Shown: positions 11,995-24,900 of the stretch, piece by piece
Layout of the letters: each line of letters begins with the position of its first letter
How positions within the stretch are numbered: the first letter of the stretch is position 1
Program-made: the position numbers and the translations under genes
Notes under the pieces: model-generated
Seen by the model: the letters and a program-made list of their open reading frames with translations, nothing else
What the model was told of the DNA's origin: nothing
Databases searched by the model: none
Source: Malacoraja senta
Taxonomy: Eukaryota
DNA length: 64,000 bases
NCBI GenBank assembly: GCA_038087875.1
Contig: CM075978.1
Coordinates: forward strand, 175,088,001 to 175,152,000
Direction: 5' to 3'

Positions 11995-14499
11995 AGCAAA
12001 TGCGAGGTGCAGATATTATCTATTCAAAATGGAATCCCGTAGTATCCTTGCTCAAAGTGATGTCTTGTTATTTGTGTAATTACTTAACAGCTCGTCCATT
12101 CTCTGACAAAAAGCTGCAACAGCCCTCAGAGAAAGTGCGAGATGTACTATTTTGCACGCATGAAGCACTGATTTTACGTTAAAACTTCTAACCAACTGAG
12201 CCCTTCACTTTCAACACTTGGGGCGAAATGGGTTGCAACTAATTGCCCAAGTTTTGTTCAAGTAAGATTCGGTGTCCATGCGTTTGACAACTGCGCTCTT
12301 TGTCATTGAACATGTTTTGTAAAGGTAGGCAACTAAATTATGATTTCAACCCGAAACAAAAAGACCCATGCAAAATGCATAGCGTTTAGAGGGGATCCAA
12401 AAGTGACTTTACTCCGACAGAGATTGCTTGGCATCTGGAATACACTGTCGGACGAGTGGAGTAATGTACTTTTGCAACATTTATGAAGCGTCCTTACAAG
12501 CACCCGAATTGCCAAGATATAACAGACCACGAAACGAGTGCTAGAAAACTAAATTAGGATGGATCATTTCTTGATGGTTCGCATATCAATATAGGCCGAA
12601 AGGTCTGTTTATACGCTGCACCGCTCTGCGACTCAATGAAACGAGCAGACTGACAGCATCGTAATCTCCATAGAAACAAAGCGTCGTGCATCATGGAGTT
12701 AGGGCTTGAGACGAACTCGTCCACATAGAACAGTGAGCACCCATCCGTATTAGGGCCATCTCCCATCACCTGCCCCTTTTCCTATCTCGAGCTGTTTACA
12801 AGTAACTTGAATCGGGTATATTACTTTATTGATGTATACTTTGGTCTTGGGTGCAGTCCAGTTTATTTTATTCAATTGAAATCGGGATTGAACAGTGACC
12901 AAACTGCGCAGAAAAGCTGAAAGGCAGCTTTAATTGATATATTATGCATAAAATCAGCATTTCGGCGTAATCACTTGACGCCACAAAGTTGATATTCTAC
13001 TCAGTATTCTACTCAGAAACGTAGGAAGGGCGCAAACTATTATCTTTTAAACATAGTAACGATTAAGACTCGGTGAAATATTCCAGGTCATTCTTGCAAG
13101 AATGGAGTTCCTAGATGGCAGGAGGGGCAGGACGGGCAGGGGAAATTGAAAAAGTGAAATGTCACGCCCCCAGATCTAACGACATGCTGGTTGACATTGC
13201 AGTTCAATGCGATTTTTCTTTCCGGTCTGCACAGCCTTGATTCGGCATTGTCTAATTATCCAATGATTTCACCTTTAACGGTATTCAGCGACTGACGATC
13301 CACAGCACTCTGACGTTGAAATCTCCAAAGATACCGAACCGTGTAATACGTTGGGAGAAATGTTATGAACTCTGCCTATAACAGCTATCTCTTTATCGTA
13401 AAACGATATTCCTTGCTCTTAACTAAGAGGAACGGCATTAATTTAGAAATACTATATTCCGTTAAATAAAAAAAACAGATTTAGTATCTGTCAAGTAGAA
13501 ACATTACGAACCAAATATCGTTCGTGTTTTAGTGCTAAAGTCGGGGCCGGATGGGAAGTGCCAGCAGTTAAATCTGAGGGCTTCTAACTCGAGAGATTGG
13601 AATGCCGCTTAAAAGAAACCTGCAGAAAAGTTACCATAATAGCCCAACCGGATAGAACTTTTGCTCGCCTGCTCGGCTTCAGCGGGACCTGCTACTTTTC
13701 TTTGTTATTTTATTTGTGATCAACGTTCCGAGATAACAAATCACGTCTGTCAATTGATTGCACAGGCGGAAAAACCTAACTGAATATGGATATTTTCCTT
13801 TTCCCATCATACTTACACGTTCACATTCTGTAAAATAATATGCACTTCCAAGCGTGTGTTTACCGCATTCTTTCCAGTCACCTTGCAATCGCTGAATGTT
13901 ACAAGTGTACGGACAGATTAAAAACAAACATGATCAGAAATAGAAATACTGTACATCATATGAATAAATATCGAAACGGTCAGAGACCAATCCGTCTTGA
14001 CCGGGTTGTGAAAAAATAAACATCGTTTAGTTTAGTTTAATATTGTAACGTGTGCTGGGGTATATTGGAAAGTCTTTTGTTGCATGCTATCAGTCAAAGA
14101 CTATACATCATTACTATCAAGCCGTCCACAGTGTACCATTAAAGGATAATAGCCTTCAAATATCATTAAATGGGAAGGGCTGGAGCTTCGGGATTGCGAA
14201 ATCTATAATATTGCAATGGTCGGTGTGCACGTAATAAATGCTCCGCGTGTATGGATGGATCCGTAAAATCGGAAGTAAAGTAAGCATATCATTTTCATGG
14301 CCTTATTTCAGAACAGCAGGAGGGTAGAGAAGCGCAGGTGTTCATGCAAGTACAGAAGCAGAGAATAGGAAGTGGAGGGGTAATGGACTATAACAGAGAC
14401 TGGCGATACGGTGTATAGCCAATCGAAAGACAATTGATAATAACATGATCAAACTCTATTTGTTAAAGATATAGAAGAAAATGAACTGCAGGTACTGGT

Positions 14500-15400
14500 T
14501 TAACAAGGAAGACAAAATGCTGGAGTAAATCAGCGGGCCAGACAGCATTCCTGGAGAACTTGGGATAGGTTACGATTCGGGTCAGGACCCTTCTTCATAT
14601 TGATGACGTTTCGGGTCGAGACCCTTTCACTTGGAATATCTCCGACACCTCACTTCATTTTTTTGATTTCTCTGCCTCCGTCACAGGGGGTCAGACTAGG
14701 GACTGACGTCTACTACACGCCTACAGACTCCCGCAGTTATCTGGACCACACTTCCTTCCACCATGGCTCATGCAAAGACGGTATCTCCTATTCTCAATTG
14801 CACCGACTGCAACACATCAGCTCCCACGATGCGGCTTTTTCAATCTAGGACATTCAAGACGTCCTCTTGCTTTAGTAAAGTCAGTTATTTCTTTCTGTCA
14901 TAGATGGATCCCTGACTCGCGTCCTTTCTGTGCCCCGTAGCTCTGCTCCCGCTCCCATTCCCCCCAAACAGAACAAGGATAGGGTCCTCAACTTTAACCC
15001 CACTAGCCACTGAATCCAATACATCAGCCTTGGGTATTTCTGTTACCTCCAATGCGATCCCACCACTAATCACATCCTCCCACTTTTGTCTACCTTCGAT
15101 TTTCCAGCAGCAGCAGTTCCTTCTTGAATATTTTATCTACTCCACTGCGATATCTCCTCAAGGTATGCCTACTTTGAAGAAGTTCTCCTCCTCCCTCCGA
15201 AGACAGTTTCACAACCTCCTCTCTGACTGCCCCACCCCCTCTGTGTCCTCCTCTTCCTTTCTCCTGCCCACCCCCGCCCTCCCCCGCCTCCCCACCCTGC
15301 ATCAGTCTGAAGAAGGGTTTCGGCCCGAAACGTTGCCTATTTCCTTAGCTCCATAGATGCTGCCGCGCCCGCTGAGTTTCTCCAGCACTTTTGTCTACCT
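14500..15400 (+). mobile_element. Penelope-like element fragment with terminal repeat
   Basis: TDVYYTPTDSRSYLDHTSFHHGSCKDGISYSQLHRLQHI matches the PLE RT C-terminal region. It is flanked by the terminal repeat in both orientations. Confidence 0.75.
15307..15334 (+). ncRNA. Minimal type I hammerhead ribozyme core in a Penelope terminus
   Basis: CUGAAGA-A-GGGU(UUCG)GCCC-GAAA-CG-UU: conserved core, stem II and palindromic ACGU stem III. Stem I is weak. Confidence 0.45.
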
Positions 15401-15689
15401 CCCATCTCCATCCATTTCTACCTTCTGAAGAGACTGTTCCCTTTGCAACTCATTGGTTGAGGCAATAAAGGTAGAGTTCCCCTGTTCCTTACCTTTCACT
15501 CTACTAGCCTCCGCATCCACCACATTATTATCCTACATTTCCGGCATCTCTGATGTCATCACTACAGCAGTCATATCTTACCATCACCCACTCTGCGTTT
15601 GCAGCGATCACTCCTTCTACAATGCCATGGTTTGTTCATCCCTTCCCACCCAAATCACCTCCTCCCGATTACTTCCCCATGTCCCCTAA

Positions 15690-16480
15690 TGCATGGCGCA
15701 TTGAGGTTAATATAGAGAAGTGTGAGCTATTGCTTTTTTGGAACTAAAACCAGGGCAGGGCGACACAGTGAATGGCAGAGCCCTGGGGATTGACAGGGCA
15801 GAAGGATGTGGGAGTACACGTACATAGTTCCTTGAAAGTGGAGTCACGGGTAGATAGGGTAGCCAAGAAAACTTTCAGTATATCGGCCTTCATCAGTCAG
15901 AGTATTTAATATAGATGTTGGGAGGGCTTGTTACAGTTATGCATGACATTGGTGTGGCAACGCTCATAGTATTGTGTTCTGTTTTGGTCACTCTGTTGCA
16001 GGAAATATGCTATTAAGATGGAAAGGTTGCAGAGAAGTGTTACGATGATGTTGCCAGGACACAATGCCCGGGCTATAGAGAAATTGAGCAGGCTAGGAAT
16101 TTATTCCTTGGTGCAGAAGAATGAGGGGTGATCTTATAGAAGTTACAAGATCATGAGAGGAATATGGTACTTTTACCCAGAGATGAGGAATCGACAAGCA
16201 GAGGACATCGGTTTGAAGTGAGTGTGGACATTTTTTATAAGAACCTGCGGAGCAACGTTTTTCCACAAAGGGTGGGCGGTGTGTGGAGCGAGCAGCCAGA
16301 GGAAGTAATTGAAGCAGGTACAATAACAATGTTTACAAAACCATTAGAAAGGTACATCGACGATAGGTTTAGATGGACAAGGGCCAAACACAGACAAGTG
16401 GGTCGAGTGTAGATGTGGCATGTTGGTCGGCGCGGGCAAGCTGGGATAAAGGGCCTGTTTACACGCTATGTGACTCTATG
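15690..16480 (+). mobile_element. CR1 LINE 3' fragment
   Basis: tattgtgttctgttttggtc...RGHRFEV...FPQRVGGVWSEQPEEV then the 3' end tatgactctatgactc. Confidence 0.8.
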
Positions 16481-16484
16481 ACTC

Positions 16485-16880
16485 TCCCTAAGTCTAACCG
16501 CAGGAAATGCAACACCTGTCCTTATACCTCCACCCTCGCCTCCATTCAGGGACCCAGGCAGTCCTTCCAGGTGAGACATAAGTTTACGTGCACCTCCACC
16601 AACCCCATGTACTCCATCCGCTCTTCCCTATGTGGCCTCATGTACATCCACTGGACTGAATGTCGCCTCTGCAACCATTTCGCTCCTAACACTTGTGTTT
16701 GATCGCCAAGGCCTGGTTAACTATTTTAGCCCCGCTTTTTATTCCCATACTAACCCTTCTGGCCTGGGCCTCCTCCATTCCCAGAGTGAGTCCACACGCA
16801 AACTGGAGAACAGTGCCTCATATTCTGCTTGGGTTAAAACCCAACACTATTAAAATTGAATTCTCCAATTTAGCTAACCT
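16485..16880 (+). mobile_element. Penelope GIY-YIG fragment
   Basis: CNTCPYTSTLASIQGPRQSFQVRHKFTCTSTNPMYSIRSSLCGLMYI. Confidence 0.8.
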
Positions 16881-17289
16881 GTAACGACCCCCCCCCCCTC
16901 CCGCCATCACATTCCCCCCCATAAACCCTCACCTCTTTCTCACCCCCCCCCCGCACATCCTTGAGCCTGGCTGACCATGCACCTACCTCTTCCTTCCCTT
17001 CCTTCTTTACTCACAGTCTTACACAATTTTCTACTTGTCAATCCTCCAGCTCTACAGTTCGCAACTCTTAAATTATTTCGTCCCACAAATTGGTGTGTGT
17101 ACACCATGTGTAAATATATTTATACCCATTGTCCAATCATCTGCTTATCACCACCCCTCCCGCCTCTGATCACCTATGACCTGTCATACTTTCTCCTGCC
17201 CCTCCACTCAAGCGACAAGTAAGCATAATTCCCAGACGAGCTCAATTACGCACACTTTGATCGGGAAAACACTGATGTGGGTTCCCGAG

Positions 17290-18709
17290 GCCCCATAGCC
17301 CCGATGGTATCACAATGTCCGTCACATTCTGATACCATTCTGCCTGCCATTCTGAAAGGGACCCATTAATCCCTACACTTTGTTTCCTGTCTGCCAACCA
17401 ATTTTCTATCCATGTCAATACATTACCCCCAATACCATGTGCTCTAATTTTGCCCACTAATCTCCTGTGCGGGGCCTAATCAAAGGCTTACTGAAAGTCC
17501 AGGTGCACTACGTCCACTGGCTCTTCCTTGAACATTTTACTTGTTACATCCTCCAAAATTCCAGATGATTAGTCAAGCATGATTTCCCCTTCGGAAATCC
17601 ATGCTGACTTGGACCGATTCTGTCACTGCTATCCAAATGCGCCGCTAATACCTATTTAGTAACCAACTTCAGCATCTTCCCACCACCGATGTCAGGCTAA
17701 CAGATCTATAATTCCCTGCTTTTTCTCTCCATCCTTCTCAAAATGTGGGATAACATTAGCTGCCCTCCAATCCACAGGAACTGACCCAGAATCTATAAAA
17801 CATTGTAAAATTATCAGCAATGCGTCCACAATTTCTTGAGCCACCTCCTCGGGTACCCTGGGATGCAGACCACCAGGCTCTGGGGGTTTATCAGCATTCA
17901 GTCCCATCAGTGTACCCAACACCATTTCCTGACTAATGTGAATTTCCTTCAATTCCTCCATCACCCTAGTGCTCAGTACATCTGGGAGATTGGTTGTGTC
18001 TCCCCAGTGAAGACAGAACCAAATTACCAGTTCAACTCGTCTGCCATTTCCTTGTTCCCCATAATAAATTCACCTGCTTCTGTCTTCAAGGGATCCACAT
18101 TTGTCGTAACTAATTTTTTACTCTTCACATACCTAAAGACGTTTCACTATCCTCCTTTACATTCTTGGCTAGCTTATCTTCGTACCTAATTGTTCTCCTT
18201 TTCTCCTTTTTAGTTACCTTATGTTGAAATTGGCTTTTGATTTTTTAATTTATGTATGTACATATATGTTATGTATATGTGTATGTGTGTATATGTGTAC
18301 ATGTATGTATATATATAATTTTCCTTTATATATTATTCATTTTCATCTTTTCTTTTCTTCTTTTTTTAATCGTTCGAAATAAAAAGATATCATATCATAT
18401 CACCTCTGTTGATCTTTAAAAGTGTCCCAATCCTTTGGCCTTCCGCTCATCTAAACTATGTTATACATCTTATCTTTTATTCCTATACCGTACTTGACTT
18501 CCCTAGTCAACCACGGTCGCCTCTTACTCCCCTTAGAATCTTTCTTCCTCTTTGGAATGAAAAGATCCTGCATTAACTGGATTATTCCCTGAAATACCTG
18601 CCATTGGTGCTGCTAGGGTCCCTTTCCAGTCAACTTTGGCCTGCTCCTCCCTCATGCTTACATAGTCCCCTTTGTTCAACAGCAATACTGACACTTCCAA
18701 TTTTACTTC
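17290..18709 (-). mobile_element. CR1 ORF2 internal fragment, degenerate
   Basis: EELKEIHISQEMVLGTLMGLNADKPPEPGGLHPRV...VPVDWRAANVIPHF and KIRAHGIGGNVLTWIENWLADRKQSV. Confidence 0.88.
18227..18411 (+). mobile_element. 185-bp AT-rich retroposed 3' tail inserted in the CR1 fragment
   Basis: It interrupts CR1 homology, ends AATAAA+(ATATC)n and is flanked by a TGTTG direct repeat (18222-18226 / 18407-18411). Confidence 0.5.
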
Positions 18710-21110
18710 GGAGTCACGTGACTGACCACGTGAAGAGCCCGCCAGCACGCATGCGCGTCATACGCATTGCGCAAAGACGGCTGGTGGAAGCGCTGCTCCA
18801 CCAGCGGTCAAACCTGAAGATAAGTTTTTAACTCTTTTCCAGGTCTGTTTTCTCCTTGCAGGAAGCTCTTTACAGAGTCTCAGCTGGAGACGTTCCGGGG
18901 TCGAAATCCCGGCTTCACCCGGCTCCCTTCTACATGGACCACGGGGGGGGGGTCCCGGCTGCGAAAACTGCGGGGATCCGGTTCGGGGGAAGCCCGACCA
19001 CAGATATCGCGGGGAATCCCTTCTACAGGGACCGCAGAGGGAATTTCGGCTGCGAAAACCGCGGCTGGGGGGGGGGGGGGGGGGACCCGACATGGACCTT
19101 GCGGGGAAACCCTTCTACAGGGACCGCGGGTAACCCGCTACGGAGACCGTGGAATGCGGGTAGCGGGCGGCGGTCGAATTTGCCTTTTCGAGTCGCTGGC
19201 GGTGGAGCCAGCGGCTTCAGACTGGTGCCGGTAGCACCCAGGCAACCCCGCTTGGAGGGTAAGCCGTCGGGATCGCACGGTGGTGCGGGACTCAGGGTCA
19301 GCGACTTCGACTTGGGCAGCCCAAAGGTAGGCAACCAAACAAAGTCGGAGAGGCCCGGTCTGGACGAGCCTGGCCAGGAGGGTTCCCCTCCGACTTACTA
19401 GGGTACGTCCTCGGACGTCTTACCCAGCCTGATATGGTCCACTAAAGCAGGGCCATATCAGTACAAGGTCCACGGAGGTTTACGGCAGCACCTGTGTACA
19501 GGGCTGCTCACAGATCTCCCTCTCGATAGAGAGGCGTGCATGGGTCAGTGTGTGACTGACCCCAACCCCGGAGGAATGTCCATGGCACATGTTGCTATTT
19601 ATGAGCGTTACTAACGGCATAAACACCCCTACGCCTCCATGGCATTAGCAGTTATAGTGTATTCTTTCAAGTATATGGCTATACATGGTAGGCACTGATA
19701 TCCTCTGATTAATTATTTCAGTTCAGGGGTTTTGTTCTTGGTATCATACATGTATCATCATGCCAGTGGAATGAAACCTGCCATGTCGATCTAGATCCCT
19801 GGCCTGGAAAGCCTGTACCGATAAGCCACCTGTGCGAGCTACACATAGTGGTGTCATGGTAATACCGCTCATTAAAGGGACTGTGGAAGATTCTTCCCCG
19901 AGACGCCGAGTTTATTCCTATCAATTAAGTACTCAAATCTTTGATTTAACTGGGTGGGCGTCTTCGTTTATGTAAACGTCTTTGCCCATGACAAATAACT
20001 GGCAGGTTTTTCCAGCATTTCTCCCACTATGTCTGGCATACGGGGGCCAGAGGCGCTCCAGTCCTTCTCTGTAGACTGCATTGGCATCGGAAAGGAGCAA
20101 CTAGTCCTGGCGGCTGCTGAAGGAAGCAACCTGACAAACGCAACTCAGAGTGAGTGCCAAGTCTTGGGCATCTATGTCAGACAAGATTGCGACTCGTCGC
20201 AGTCAAGAACGCTCCATCCTAAGGCAAGTCAGGCAGCAGCTCCTAGTTCAGGGTTGCAAATTTCCTCCCACTCAAAGCAACGGAGTGCTAGAGGGTGCTA
20301 CAAAAGTGCACATGTGCCTGAAGCGACACCTGTTTCAGGGTTGCAATTCCTCCCACTCGATCGAACGTAGTGATGGAGATGGTGCTAAAATACATGCACA
20401 CATGCCTGAGGCAGCTCCTGGGTCAGGTTGCATAAGTCCTCCCATTCGGATGTAGGAAGGATGAAGCTGGTTGAGGCAGCTCCTGGTTCAGGTTGCATAA
20501 GTTCTCCCATTCGGAGGTATGAAGGATGAAGATGGAGCCATATGGTGCCTTCTGTCACGGATACAAGTTGGTAATATTTACACTTGGTTTTTGTACAGAT
20601 GACAATGATGACATGAGATAAGTTTATACTGCACAGCATACGAGCAAGGGAGTTGCCTTTCAAGGCAGGCTCGTAATTGTGGCAGATATGGCCTGTTCAT
20701 TGTCAACAGGTTCAACTCGCGTGTGCAGTATATACATTTCTGAATAGGAAACTTCGTGACTGTTTAACTTCCATGGGATCAGTTTCCATTCACAGGGCAC
20801 CGGAGATATTTGAAATTTAGCTGGATGGGGCAATGATACAGTTAGAAGCGTTGCAAAATGGGCTAACTTCAGCTCCCAGGTTATTTACCAAATTACTACA
20901 ACCAGTGCTTCGGCTGCTCAGAGCTAAAAAACAATTGTTATGGCCTAACTGGATGATATTCTAAACACTGTATTTTGCTAAATTAGCTGTATCAGCCACA
21001 AAACTATATTTGAGAAATTGGGTTTCATCCATCCAGTTAAATTTAAGTTAAATTTAAGTTGATACCAACTGAAATTATTGATTATTGGGATTTACAATTA
21101 ACTGTATTAT
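18710..21110 (+). mobile_element. Degenerate DIRS-type (tyrosine-recombinase class) retrotransposon
   Basis: Frameshifted RT: HRRYLKFSWMGQ / QLEALQNGLTSAPRLFTKLLQPVLRLLR / VMA*LDDIL / FEKLGF. CpG-rich 5' end. No recombinase ORF is visible. Confidence 0.72.
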
Positions 21111-21309
21111 TTGTCTTGGACTCTATCTGAAACTATCAAAGTCACAATAGTGGACGAACAGTATTCAGCATTGCTCCACTAAATTTTCATCAGTAAATCT
21201 TCAGTTGATTACAAACTGATGCTATTGCTCAAAGATGGAAAATTACTAATACCATCTCTAGTTACGGAGGCGGATGGGATTTGCATAAGTTACCAATTGT
21301 TCAGTTATA

Positions 21310-21509
21310 NNNNNNNNNNNNNNNNNNNNNNNNNNNNNNNNNNNNNNNNNNNNNNNNNNNNNNNNNNNNNNNNNNNNNNNNNNNNNNNNNNNNNNNNNNN
21401 NNNNNNNNNNNNNNNNNNNNNNNNNNNNNNNNNNNNNNNNNNNNNNNNNNNNNNNNNNNNNNNNNNNNNNNNNNNNNNNNNNNNNNNNNNNNNNNNNNNN
21501 NNNNNNNNN
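21310..21509. other. Assembly gap (exactly 200 N, probably an arbitrary scaffolding join)
   Basis: Run of N. The right arm of the inverted duplication begins on the first base after it. Confidence 1.
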
Positions 21510-21854
21510 GTCAGTATTTTTTCGGGAATACATAATTGGACGAGATCCTTCAGTTCTGAGGGAACAGCACGTGACAGTAGGATATTAGTGTACTTAAAAA
21601 TGTGCGGAATAGCGAATATGAATGCTTTCATGAAAGGTAATTAATTTTCGCAGATGCAATATGAAGGCTACTCATTGTAACATAAAACATTAATACAGAG
21701 CACAGGAACAGGTCCCTCGGCCCACAATAGGTTTGCCGAACATATGATAAGATAGAATAAGCTATATTCCCGAGAATAGAGAGTTCATGTGCTTCCCTTT
21801 CTGGAGCTTTAGCCCCCCTGAACAAAATGCTTAATTTGTTAAATTATTCTTTAC

Positions 21855-21953
21855 CTTTATTTTTTCTTGCAATACAACACATTGCAATGCCAAGCGGCAG
21901 TAGTAAAGTTACTAATCCGCATATTATCCTGACGCAATTGATGATTTTAGTAC
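21855..21953 (-). CDS. Gene B TM exon with Arg
   Basis: Protein identical to the A TM exon, with one synonymous change. Confidence 0.82.
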
Positions 21954-24900
21954 CTGTAAGATTGAAAAGCATAGGTTACATATAAAAATCGAAGCTCCTG
22001 AATTCGGAAAATCACCCTCCCTTGAGTCTGATGTAATATATTGTAAGCCCAGAAATCTACAAATAATTTCAACGTTTGTGCAAAGCAAACAGAAAAAAGT
22101 GACGTTTGAATTTTCCGAAGGCGATTCTGGCGAAAATGTAAATGGATCTGCCTAATGGTCGAATTAACTTTAATAAAATAGCTGGAGTTGGAGGGAAGGC
22201 TGTCAAAGGTTACAGCGGATTTTATCTCACTGTCTAGTTACCCTTTTCACCTTTATGTACTCCCGAAATGTTTTCAAATTTTACTTAATATTATCTGCCA
22301 TAATTATCCATTGCCTCTTCCTGCCCGTTTGATTTGCTTCTTAACTATGCTCCTCAATCCCCAAAATTCCTTCGGGATACATTTCATCCCAACTGCCTAT
22401 AACTGGCCCATGCCTCCTTTTTTCCTGACCAGAGACACAAATTTGCACGTGATCTGGTCTTCCTTACTCCCATTTGTCTTACCCACTTTAACGTGAACAT
22501 GCATGCTTGCAACTCTCGCCATTACACTTTGAAGAGCAGTCCACTTACCTGAAGCCGCTTTGGCCGCAAATAACCTACACGACTGAAGATTTGTAAGATA
22601 AAAGGATACAAAGTGCTGTAGTAACTCAGCTGATCAATCAGCATCTCTGCAGAACATTGATAGGTGATTTTACGGGTCGGGACTCTTCTTCAGATGGTTG
22701 TGTCTGTTCCAAGCCTCCACCAAACGTTTGTAAATTCCATTAAAGTTGGCCTTGCACGGCTTAGAACTTCAACCTTGTGGACCAGCCCTGTGCGTATTCA
22801 AAATTATTTTTAAGCAAATAGAACTGTAGATACTGGTCCCTAAATGTTCACCCACCAACATTTATGAAATCAAATAGTTATTCAATATGGAAACAGGCCA
22901 GTCGGTCTAACTTGCCCACGTGGACCAACATTCACTAGTTCCACGTGCCTGCGCTTGGCCCATGACGTTCTAAACCTACCCTATCCATGCACCGGTCCAG
23001 ATATCATCTACACGTTGTTATTTCACCTGGCTCAACTACCTCCTCTGGCATCTCCTTCTATATACTCAGCACGATTTGTCTAAAACAGTTGCCCTAACAG
23101 ATTTCTAATTTAAAAATCTTTCCATCCTCCCTTAAACTTTTGCCCTCTGTTTTATGATTCCCCTACACTGAGCAAAATACTGTGCGTTTGCCCTATCTGT
23201 TCCTCTCTTGCGACGAACTTCTATAAGATCACCCCTCACCCTTCTGTAGCACAATGAATAAAGTCTTAGCCTGCTCAATCTCTCCCTATACCTCAGGCCC
23301 TGGAGTCCTGGCAACATCGTGGTAAATCTTCTCTGCACCCTTTAACAGCTTAACAACATATTTCCTGTAACAGGGTGGTCAAAACTGAATACAATACTCC
23401 AAATGTTGCCTCGCCAATGCCCCGTACAACTGTAACACGACCTCCTAATTTCTATACTAAATATTTTGAATGATGAAGCCCATGTGCCGAACGCCTTCTT
23501 GCTCACCCTATCTACCTGTGAAAACACTCTTAAGAAAGTATGCATGCTTGCATCTTCTAGATCCCTCTGCTCCCCATCACTCCGTAGAGCCCTGCCTTAC
23601 ACTGTCTGCGTCCTCACACTGTTTGACCTCAGAAAATGCAACACCTCTCACTTGTGTTGTCCTGAACATATATGACAAATTCCAGCTGATCAACGTCCAT
23701 GACACTATGGCACTCCCAGTCTAAACAGGGAAAGGTCCAGTTTGATTAGAGACGTATGTGTAGAAGTGGAAAATGCAGTTAATCTGAGCAAGTGTGTTCT
23801 GTTACGTTTGCAAAACCTTCCACAGCACTGATGAATTTTTGGATCTTGGGTCGAAGGACATAGCTCCTTAAGAATGGTAACACAAATTGATAGCATGGTA
23901 AAGGATGAATTTGGTATACTTTTTCCTTCATCGGTTGTGGCACTGAGTGCAAGAACCATGTGCTGAGTGGGAGCCATGTTGCAGCTTTAAAAAACTTTGA
24001 ATAGTCCGCGTGTGGAATGTTGTCTGCCGTTTAGATCGCCCCATTACGGCAAGAATGTGGAGACTTTTGACAGAGTGTAGAACAGATTTACTAAAACAAC
24101 ATTTAAAAGACATTTGGACAGGTACATATTTCGGAAAGGGTTAGAAGGATCAGAGATGAACGCAGGCAGGTGTAACCTGTGTGGATGGGGCATCTAGGTC
24201 GGCATGGGAAAGTTGGACAGTATAGCCTCTCCGCGTGCCCAATGACTGTCTGAATGCTGGCTGCATGAGAGGATATTGACCATCAAGAGAGCTTGGCCAA
24301 CCTTGGATTTTTTTCTGGGGCATCGTAGGTTGTGGGCAGATAGAATGTTTTCTAGAATTGGTGGGACATAGTCAGGATAGATAATCAGAATCCTTTTCCT
24401 ATGGTTAAAATGTGAAAGAATCAGAGATGTGCGGGTGAAGTTATTTTTATACAGAAAATGGTATGCGCATTTCAGCTTCAGTTACAGATTGTCCTTTTGA
24501 TCTGGAACAGACCGTCTTCCGTATTGTCGTTATTATGTGGCTTGGTGCTTTATTTAATCCTGCGAACTGGTGATCTTTCATTTCCGTTTTAACCACCCTG
24601 AGCACTTGTATGTACCTTCCGAAGAGCCCCATCTGATTTCATGCGCTTCACCAAACAGTCTGATATCCCCTAACGTTGCCATTTCCTTCCACCCTGAAAT
24701 GACACGTCGGCCCCCAACTCTCAGTTGTTCATACCTACAGGATTCGCCAAACCGTAAACACAGTTTCAATTTGACAGGTCATATATTACGATAGATTTGC
24801 AACCTCCCCAATTCAGTATCTTAACTTCCACACGAATGTAATCCCGATCCATGACAAGCCCTAATACCTAAAGAAATGGACGCTATAGAAAATGTTAGCC

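Noticed and set aside
13817-13891. Minus-strand 75-nt exon-like segment ending in GTAAGT (RLQGDWKECGKH..)
   Set aside because: It has no recognisable homology and no partner exons.
18856-19401. Long GC-rich ORFs at 18758-19401, 30459-31112 and 56755-57427 as host genes
   Set aside because: They are low-complexity Pro/Gly/Arg frames open on several strands because of GC content, and they lie inside repeats.
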